64,000 nt of DNA from Scyliorhinus canicula (lineage: Eukaryota): contig NC_052171.1 of NCBI RefSeq assembly GCF_902713615.1, forward strand, positions 8,397,209 to 8,461,208, read 5' to 3'. The notes below the pieces were generated by a model. It was not told where the DNA came from. It made no database searches and was given only the letters and a program-made list of their open reading frames with translations. Position numbers and translations under genes: made by a program. This document shows, one piece after another, positions 1 through 8,600 of this stretch (its first letter is position 1; each line of letters begins with the position of its first letter).

Positions 1-25
1 TGGATTTGGGGTTCAAACAACTTAT

Positions 26-240
26 GGGCAGCGCAGTGGTTAGCACTGCTGCCTCACGGCGCCGAGGTTCCATGTTCAATCTCGGCCCCGGGTCACTGTC
101 CGTGTGGAGTTTGCACATTCTCTCCATGTCTGCGTGGGTCTCACCCCCACACAACCCAAAGGTGTGGATTGGCCACGCTAAATTGCCCCTTAATTGGGAA
201 AAAAAATAATTGAATACTCTTTTTAAAAAATAAAAAAAAA
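26..240 (+). mobile_element. tRNA-derived SINE, short type ending aaattgccccttaattgg-A-rich
   Basis: A-box-like gcagtggttagc, B-box-like gttcaatc, V-SINE-like body. Same type at 14372-14640, 17460-17680, 29506-29735, 38465-38670 (+) and about 23800-24000 (-). Confidence 0.85.
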
Positions 241-332
241 TTTTAAGGATCCAAACATCTTTATATTACTCTTATATTACCCTTATATTAGTTTGGATTG
301 TGATTTCTCACTCTGCACTTCTCCTCTTGCAG

Positions 333-472
333 GCTTATCCCAAAAGATCAGTATTTCTGTGGAGTGCTCTATTTCACTGGCAGTGATCTTTTCAACAAGA
401 ACATGAGGACCCAGGCACTAGAGAAAGGCTTCACTTTGAACGAGTACACAATTCGCCCATTGGGAAGCACAG
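333..472 (+). CDS. polb: DNA polymerase beta, penultimate coding exon (140 bp)
   Basis: Acceptor ctcctcttgcAG at 331-332 and donor GTaaag at 473. Translates (R)[46 protein letters not shown](G), matching the Pol beta C-terminal region including the YFTGS and NEY motifs. Confidence 0.97.
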
Positions 473-1214
473 GTAAAGCTGGATGGTATCAGAAACCTTG
501 GTCTTAATCACATGCTTTGACTAAATCAATAGAGGTTCCTTTGTGAAAAAAAATAGTATCGGTCAAATGCAAAGTATATATCTAGTTTTCAGTTAATCCC
601 ATCAGATTTCTGGTAACAGATCCTGTTTCAAAAAGACTTTAAATGGAAGGACATCATTCTCACTCTGATGGGTATTTACAACCTGAGCTAATGTTGCCCC
701 TTTACAGGAGTGCTTAGGGTTAAATCAAATCAGCTTGCCCTTTCATTGCACATAATTGGTTTGAAGAGGCTAAATAAATCCATTTTAAGATGTCACAAGT
801 GATTTTTTAAATTTAATGTCAAACGACCATGATTAATTTGCAGAATGTGCAAAGCTTGTGATTCCTATGTGGTCATTTTGGCAAACCTATCAGTGGGCCT
901 CACACAGCACTCAAAGCCTATCTGAGTTAGGACAGAGTTAGCCAGTGGCAGGAGCTATTTAATTATTTTGCTGTATATCGGAGTGTGTTTTCTTTTATTT
1001 AAATCGTTCATGGGCTGGGAGCATTGTTGGCGAGGCCAGTGTTGGTTGCCCATCCGTAACTGCCCCAGAGAATTGGCAGTGCACTGTCGCCTTGAACCAA
1101 AGGAGTTCAAGAAAGGAGAAAACAAGAGTTAAAATAAGGAGAAAAAGAAAATCGTTAACAAAACCTACAGTGTTGGCAATGCTGGACCTTGATATAAATT
1201 GAAATGCGTGTGGA

Positions 1215-1527
1215 GGGCATGGTTGCACAGTGGTTAGCACTGCTGCCTCACAGCACCAGGAATACGGGTTCGATTCAGGCCTCGGGTGACTGCGGAGTCT
1301 GCACATTCTCCCCGTGTCTGCGTGGGTTTCCTCCGGGTGCTCCGGTTTCCTCCCACAGTCCAAAGATGTGCAAGTTAGGTGGATTGGCCATACCCCTTAG
1401 TGTCCAACGGTCAGATGGAGTTACAGGGATAGGGTGGGGGAGTGGGCCTAGGTAGGGTGCTCTCTCAGAGGGTCGGTGCTGACTCGATGGGCCGAGTGGC
1501 CTCCTTCTGCACTGTAGGAACTGTGAT
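1215..1527 (+). mobile_element. HE1/V-SINE-type tRNA SINE
   Basis: Pol III A/B boxes, ctgcgtgggtttcctccgggtgctccggtttcctcccacagtccaaagatgtg core, CR1-like tail. Confidence 0.88.
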
Positions 1528-2329
1528 ATAGTGTTGGGGTTAGGTGGAATGGGAAGGGGCTCACAAGCAGCATAAACACTGGCATGACCGACTGGGCCTA
1601 TTTAGCCTGTCTGTATACTGTCGAGTCGAGGTAACTTTTCTGTGATGCTTAGATGCACAAAGAACAAAGCACAGTAACAGGCCCTTCGGCCCTCCAAGCC
1701 TGCACCGACCATGTTGGGTTCAACTGACTAACAAAATACTGAATCTTCCACATTTCTGCATTCAAATAAATCTTGGGAGTGAACTCGATAAACTTTTCTT
1801 GCTGTGGTATTTAATGGTTTTAATTATGGTACAAAAATTAAGTTTGGAATCGTGAAAGTTCATGGTTGGTTGACTTTGATGCAACTGTGTGGTAAAAAAA
1901 TGAACCTTTGTAGTGGGTCAGCACTTATAAAGGTTTGCTGCTGGTGCTATACTGTATTGCAAGTTGTAATCTAATTGCAACCAGTCACGACCATGTTGAC
2001 ATCTCAGGAATGTATCCTCATACATGTGGGGAGATAAAACTCAGCCCCCAGCCAACCACTTTTCGCATGTCAAATCAGAGCTGAACCTCAAAACTTTGCA
2101 TTGACTACAGATTATCAAGTCTGTCTTCAATACTGCTGATGAGGCTTTCAAATCCTTTGTACAACACATAACTTTGCTTTAAAGAGCAAATTGAGGAAAT
2201 GCCTTGAACTTGTGACTCCAGCTACTAAAAGAAACCCCAGGATTATTTCCCCTACTTTGGAACTTGTTTTTAAAGATCTCGCCAGGATATTCTCTACCCC
2301 ATTTTGAAACAAGGAAACCGCACGCATTT

Positions 2330-2986
2330 GCTGGAGGTGCTGGGGTGCTTCAGGGGTGGGCACGGGTATTGTGGATTGGGTTCAACGGCTGTACAGGTGC
2401 CGGTGGTGAGTCTTCGGACGAACCGGATTAGATCGGGTGTTGCATCATGAGATGAGATGGATGCCCGCTCTCCCCGTTGCTTTTTGCCTTAGCGATAGAG
2501 CCGTTGTTAATGGCTATCAGGATGTTGAAGGATTGGAACGGGATCGAGCGGGGAGGTGCCAAATATAGGGTTTCACTCAATGCAGATGATTTGTTATTAT
2601 AAACCTCGGACCCAGTGGGCATCATTGGAGAGGTTATGGAGATTTTGAGGGAGTTTGGCCAGTTTTCAGGGTACAAATTGAACATGGTGAAGAATGATGT
2701 GTTCTCGATCAATGCTAGAAGGCAGGGGAGGAGGTTAGGGAGTTGGCGAATCCAGGTGCGCAGCTGGGCCCAGCTACACAAATTGAACTTGGCATGATTG
2801 ATCGAGGGAATTAAAGTGATTTTAAGAGGTGGGATGTGTGGCAGCTGTCACTGGCTGGGCATGTGCAGATGGTGAAAATGCTGCCCAGGTTCTTATTCAT
2901 GTTCCAGAACCTCCCTATCTTTGTCCCCACGTCCTTTTTCAGGAAGGTAGCAAGATAATTTTGGGGTCTGTGTGGTGTTGGGGCGG

Positions 2987-3047
<61 letters not shown>

Positions 3048-3672
3048 AATCCCGCGCGGGTGTTCCTCAAGAGGGGAGGGGGGTGGGGGCGAGATCCCGC
3101 GCGGGTGTTCCTTGAGAGGGAAGGGGGTGTTGGGGTCACCGAATTTGATAAATTATTAATGGGGGGCAAACATTGGAATGGTAAGGAAATGGGCGGTGGA
3201 GGAGAGATTGGTTTGAGGGTGGCTCGAGGCAGCGGCGGGCAGGGGGACGGGTTTGAGGGCACTGTTGTTGGCGTCTCTTCCCTTCTCATTGGCCAGTTAC
3301 TCCATGAACACAGTGGTGGTTTCTCCGTTATGGGTGTGGAACCAGTGCAGGCAGAATTTTGGGTTGGAGGGCATGTCATCGTGGGCACCGATATGCAACA
3401 ACCATAGGTTTGTGCTGGCAGGGCTGAATCCAAGGTTCCCGGGGTGGCAGCAGGAGGGGATAGAGTACTTCAGGGGCTTGTTTATAGGGGGAAAATATGC
3501 AGGGCTGGTGGAGTTGGAGGAATTGTATGAATTGCCCAAGGGGAACAGCTTTAGGAACTGGGATTTCGTGAGAAGAGAGAGATTTTGTTGTGTTTGTGGC
3601 TGTTTGTTCAGGTTGAATTTTTTGTCTTCTGATATTTTCGTGTATAGGTGTAAAATAATATTTTTTTAAAAA
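2330..3672 (+). mobile_element. Decayed 5'-truncated L1 ORF2 (RT to 3' end)
   Basis: GCPLSPLLFALAIEPL and SLNADDLLL* (degenerate YADD) at about 2460-2600, FGQFSGYKLN, frameshifts, AT-rich 3' end. Confidence 0.82.
2985..3045 (+). repeat. Long poly-G tract within L1 remnant
   Basis: About 55-60 consecutive G; shorter G/C runs occur at 9050, 10185, 10615, 19075, 27015, 40500, 48000, 57445, 60915. Confidence 0.9.
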
Positions 3673-4379
3673 GCAAGGTAACCACTATTGCAGCAGGCTA
3701 TAAAAGAAGCCTGATGGTGGCAATACAGAATTATATTGACAGGAATTCTCTGGCCATTGGCAGCTCACCGCTGCCTGCGGGTCTCCCGGTGGCGTGGGAT
3801 GGCTTCAATGGGAAATCCCACCACGGGTCGGCGCAACATCGAGGGCCGAAGGGCCCGTACTGCGCTGTAATGTTCTATGTTTCTAAACACGTGGCTGGGG
3901 GACTGGAGATTCCCGCCCATCATGTATGTGTGCGTGTAATAGTTCCCTCATGGATTGTTTCCAGTGAGTTCCAGTGGGAATTCTGTGATTTATTTAATTA
4001 TCTAATAGATAACACATGATCAGAAAGTAATGGGAAAACCGCAAAGATCGGAATTTTCTGGCCATTCCTGTCAGCGGGATCTTCCAACCCAGCCAACGGC
4101 AGCCCCCCGGCACGGGTTTCCCATCGGCGGGGGCTGTATACAACAGGAAGTCTTATTGACGGTACTGGAACTAGAGAATCCCGCTACTGGCCAACAGCAG
4201 GCCACGTCTGTTACCGCGACATGCATCATGAAGGGGCATGGAAACCCCCACGCAGTGAGTGTGACATCTGCAGGAAATGCACACTTTCTCAAAACATTAG
4301 CTCAATATACATTACGGATCTCTTTTATCCTGGATTAAAACAGAAAATTTCCAGCATTAACAGAGAGCCCAAAGTCCTT

Positions 4380-6029
4380 TAGTTCAAGTCAGCTTCTTCT
4401 TTTAATAAAAGTCCACACCTAATCAGAGCAAATTAGGTTAACAGACCGCCGCCACTGTACAGCACTGAAAGAACTAAGTGCCCATTAGTTCAAGTCCAGT
4501 TTCTTATCTTTAATAAAAGTCCAAACCTGTTCTGGTGTCTCAAAGTAGTAGTGGAGTTCCTCAAACGTAACCCAAAGCTTTGCAGGATACAGCATTCCAA
4601 AACTCACCTTTTTATAGGGGGATGGGACGTTTCGGCGTGGCCGATTCGGTGGGGCCAGTTCGGCGTAGCCGATTGGAATGGGACGTTTCGGCGTGGCCGA
4701 TTCGGCGGAGGAGTTTTTCGGCGGAGGGACGGAAATTTATTTTAAAATCTATGCTAGCGCTTCCCATTGAGAGTCTACTGGGGGCGGGGGGACCGGAGAG
4801 GGAAGCTGCTCTCTCACTGAAGCAATCAGCGGCCGCTGAAATTGACACTGCCGGCTGCTCTCTCTCTCCAATTCAACTTTTAAGTTTTAATGTTTCTGAT
4901 TGGAGGGAGAGAGCAGCCGGCAGTGTCAATTTCAGCGGCCACTAATTGCTTCAGTGAGAGAGCAGCTTCCCTCTCCGGATCAAAGTGAGCCGGCCGCTGA
5001 AATTGACACAACTGCCAAGAAATGGGCTGCACAAACATTTTGCGACTATAACTAATTTGACGCCGAAACGTCCCTCCGCCGAGAAATTCCTCCGTCGAAT
5101 CGGCTACGCCGAACTGGCCACGCCGAATCGGCCACGCCGAAACGTACCAAACCCTTTTTATAGAGGGCTGCCTTTACCTTGATGAATCCTGCACGCCTCT
5201 TAGCCAGATCCGTTCCCAAGTCCTGGTAAATGCGCACCTCGCAGTTCTTCCATCTGCTGCTCCTCTCCGCCTTGGCCCATCACAGCACACGTTCCCTGTC
5301 AGCAAGCTGGTGAAAGCGGACCACCAAGGCCCTCGGTCGGTCGCCCGTCCTGGGCTTCCCTGCGGGGGCTCTATGTGCCCCATCCAACTCCAGGGGTTGA
5401 GGGAAGGCCTCAGGTCCCATCAGCACCTCAAGCATACCTGTCACGTATGCGCCCACGTCCGACCCCTCGCAGCCCTCGGGGAGGCCAATGATCCGTAAAT
5501 TCTGCCTCCTGGCTCTGTTCCCCAGCTCTTCAAGCTGCTCCTGCATCCGCCTCTGACGGGCGTTCATCTCCTCCACCTCGTGCTCCAGCTCCGTTACCGT
5601 GCCCGCCTGGCTGGAGAGCTTCGCCTCGACCTCCCTGAGTGCCTTCCCTTGGACCACCTGTGTCTCGGCCATTCGGTCCATCACCGCTCTCATCAGGTCC
5701 AGCTTGTCCCTCCTCAGCTCGGCGAAGCAGTTCTTGAAGAACTCCATCTGTTCCTCCCCTGGCCAGTGAGCCTCCGCTCCCCGGTCCCTGCCGTCCGCCA
5801 TGCTTGGCCTGGGTCCCCGCTGCTCCCGCTTCGATCCTTGCTGCTCCACTTGACCACTTCTAGTCCAGCAGCCCATACCCCGGAAAGGAAGCCTCTTCCC
5901 TATCGTCTCCTCCACCGATTCAGGCTGCCAGGTCCCAAAAAAGTCCGTTAAAAAGGTCCGTTTGCCCATCGCGGGCGGGAGCGATCCGACCTGCGACCTG
6001 TCTCCTCGAGGGCGCCACCGGGAGTCCTC
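4380..6029 (-). mobile_element. L1-clade element, 5' UTR plus ORF1 only, interrupted by the MULE
   Basis: ORF 5280-5969 has the L1 ORF1p coiled coil and NRARRQNLRIIGLPEG motif, continues as RIYQDLGTDLAKRRAGF and, past the insertion, VSFGMLYPAKLWVT...DLN*. The 5' end GAGGACTCCCGGTGGC resembles that of the L1 at 7304. Confidence 0.85.
4618..5154. mobile_element. Non-autonomous MULE/Mutator-like (Ricksha-like) DNA transposon, 537 bp
   Basis: Termini GGGGATGGGACGTTTCGGC and (reverse complement) GGGTTTGGTACGTTTCGGC, subterminal 14-bp repeats TTCGGCGTGGCCGA, and a perfect 9-bp TSD TTTTTATAG at 4609-4617 and 5155-5163. It splits an L1 ORF1 at AALYKK. Confidence 0.8.
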
Positions 6030-6835
6030 AACCCCAGTAAGTTTTTGATTATACTGTAAAAATAAGTTTGAAAACTTGCGAATTTTTAGTCAGCTTGACT
6101 TCGATTCAGTAACCTAATTTGAAAATCTATCACCGGGTGTAAGGAATTCTGTGTTTTGTACAGGGTCATCACTTACAGAGGGACAATATTGGTGCAATTT
6201 TTCAAGTAGTTATCTAATTGCAAACAGTCAAGACCATGTTGGCGTTTCACGAATGCAGCTTCCTACATGTGGGAATTAAATTGAACTCCCAGTCGACCAC
6301 TCTCCCTGTGTGAAGTCAGAGTTGAACCTCCAATTTGTTTCACCGATTACCAATTATCAAATCTGTCTTCAACCCAACTGGCGAGACTTTCAGATCCTCT
6401 GTACACCAAACTTCTCTTTGAACAGCAAATTAAGAACACGCCTGGAATTTGTGATTCTCAGCCAAATTAAAGCCTCCACAACTTTCTTGTTTATTAATTG
6501 CACAGGCAATGATTTGTCGAATTACAGCCTTGACTGGATTTCTATCTGGTCAAATAGTTCGGACAGGTAGCGAACGATTCAGAATAGCACCATCTGCACA
6601 TGGTTTACTCCCCCGTACTCGCTGAGATAGACTTAGGGCCTACTGCTTAGTCCTGCCCCACAGTAAAACTAGGGCATTAGACATGAGGCGGCAAGCCTTG
6701 AATAACCCAGGGTGCTACCTGGAGCAGAAGAAGAGAGCACGAGGAAGAAGCAGGCAAAGTTTGGAGATTAGCAGAAAGAAATCATGGTAAAAAATTATTT
6801 GGCAATCTGTTTATTGTAAAACTGAAATTGTCTGA

Positions 6836-7110
6836 CTGGGTCCCAGGTTCGATTCCCCGCTGGGTCACTGTCTGTGTGGAGTTTGCACATTCTCCCCGTG
6901 TCTGGATGGATTTCCTCCGGGTGCTCCGGTTTCCTCCCACAGTCCAAAGATGTGCAGGTTAGGTGGATTGGCACGCTACATTGTCTCTTGGTGTCCAAAA
7001 AGTTAGGTGGGGTTACGAGGATAGGGTGGAGGCGTGGGCTTAAGTTGGGTGCTCTTTCTAGGGGCCGGTGGAGACTCATTGGGCCGAATGGCACTGTAAA
7101 TTTTATGATT
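6836..7110 (+). mobile_element. HE1-type SINE, 5'-truncated
   Basis: B box ggttcgattccc, core and tail. Confidence 0.85.
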
Positions 7111-7652
7111 ATGATTGTTAAAGAGCAAACTTTTCGAATTTGACCTTGCCATTAATTTGATGAGACTGAAAAACAAGGAAAATATAAAAGAGTTGTAAAT
7201 GCCCATTAGTCCTGACTGGTGCTTATCCTGGCTTCAACAATACCGTAACTTGGGAAACCCAACAATGCAACTGGCAAGGGTCTGTTAGTATTATTGTAAG
7301 AACGAGGACATCCGGTGGTGGCTATGAGGGAGTAGGTCGCACATTTGGTGGCTCCCGTTTCGGTCGGACTTTTGGACCTTTCCCCCTGACTTTTTTGCGC
7401 TTTTGAGCGCGGAACTGGAAAGCAATAGTACTCGGGCACTGGACCATACAGAATTGTATGGATGTAAGAAGCCGGAGGGACCGTAAACAGCAGAAGACGT
7501 GGTCGAGTAAGGGCACAGTGGAGGCTGTGAGAGAGACCAGCATGGCTGGTGTTCAGAGCAAGGAGCCGACAGCCCAGCCCACAATGGAGCAGTTGCTGCA
7601 GACTATGCAGGAGGGCTTTTTGGCTTTGAAGCGTGACAACTTGGAGCCGCTT

Positions 7653-7999
7653 CATAGAACATAGAACAGTACAGCACAGAACAGGCCCTTCGGCCTCAAT
7701 GTTGTGCCGAGCCATGATCACCCTACTCAAACCCACGTATCCACCCTACACCCGCAACCCAACAACCACCCCTTAACCTTACTTTTTTTTTTAGGACACT
7801 ACGGGCAATTTAGCATGGCCAATCCACCTAACCCGCACATCTTTGGACTGTGGGAGGAAACCGGAGCACCCGGAGGAAACCCACGCACACAGGGAGAGGA
7901 CGTGCAGACTCCACACAGACAGTGACCCAGCTGGGAATCGAACCTGGGACCCTGGAGCTGTGAAGCATTTATGCTAACCACCATGCTACCCTGCTGCCC
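7653..7999 (-). mobile_element. Young HE1-type SINE inserted into L1 ORF1
   Basis: Full head-to-(TTCTATG) tail copy; nearly identical by eye to copies at 45408 and 52711. Confidence 0.92.
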
Positions 8000-8235
8000 C
8001 CAAGAAGTCGATTGATCGGATGAGAAAAGGGCTGGATGATCAGGCTGAGAAGCTCCAGCAGTTGGAGAAATCAGTGGAGGAGCAGGCTGACTTTCAAACA
8101 GTGGTGGATGTGGAGATTTGGGGGCTGAGGGACCAGCAAAAAGTGCTTCTGGAAAGGCTGGAGGACCTGAACAACAGATCTCGCCGGCAGAACGTGAGAA
8201 TCGTGGGCCTCCCAGATGGGGCAGAGGGGCTAGAC

Positions 8236-8600
8236 CAGGGGTGGGCAAACTACGGCCCGCATAAAGGGTCTTTATGCGGCCCACCAGGACATTAAAAAAA
8301 AAAGTTTTTTTTAAAAAAAAAATTTTTTTTTTTAATTTTTAATTTTTTTTAAGGTTAATGGGGGGGGGGGGGCTGTTGGGTTACTTACTGGTATAGGGTG
8401 GATACGTTGACTTGAGTATGGTGATCATTGCTCGGCACAACGTCGAGGGCCTGTTCTGTGCTGTACTGTTCTATGTTCTGTATGAGGCGCCCAGAATCAT
8501 AACCGGGTGAAGTAATTATTTTACTTAATATACTATGCGGCCATTTAAAATTGTGAATTTCTGAATGTGGCCCTTGCACGGAAAAGTTTGCCCACCCCTG
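8236..8600. mobile_element. hAT (Charlie-type) MITE inserted in L1 ORF1
   Basis: 16-bp TIR CAGGGGTGGGCAAACT / AGTTTGCCCACCCCTG and 8-bp TSD GGCTAGAC at 8228-8235 and 8601-8608. Confidence 0.9.

Noticed and set aside
333-472. DNTT, POLM or POLL as the family X polymerase
   Set aside because: The peptide and the 140/95-bp terminal exon pattern match POLB specifically, as does adjacency to DKK4.
995-1455. Recurrent short ORFs such as DCGRKPEHPEETHA and CLRGFPPGAPVSSHSPK
   Set aside because: Chance translations of the SINE core repeated throughout the window.
2829-3433. Poly-Gly and poly-Pro ORFs (also 9998-10689, 40105-40613, 60795-61272)
   Set aside because: Translations of G/C homopolymers inside L1 and MITE remnants.
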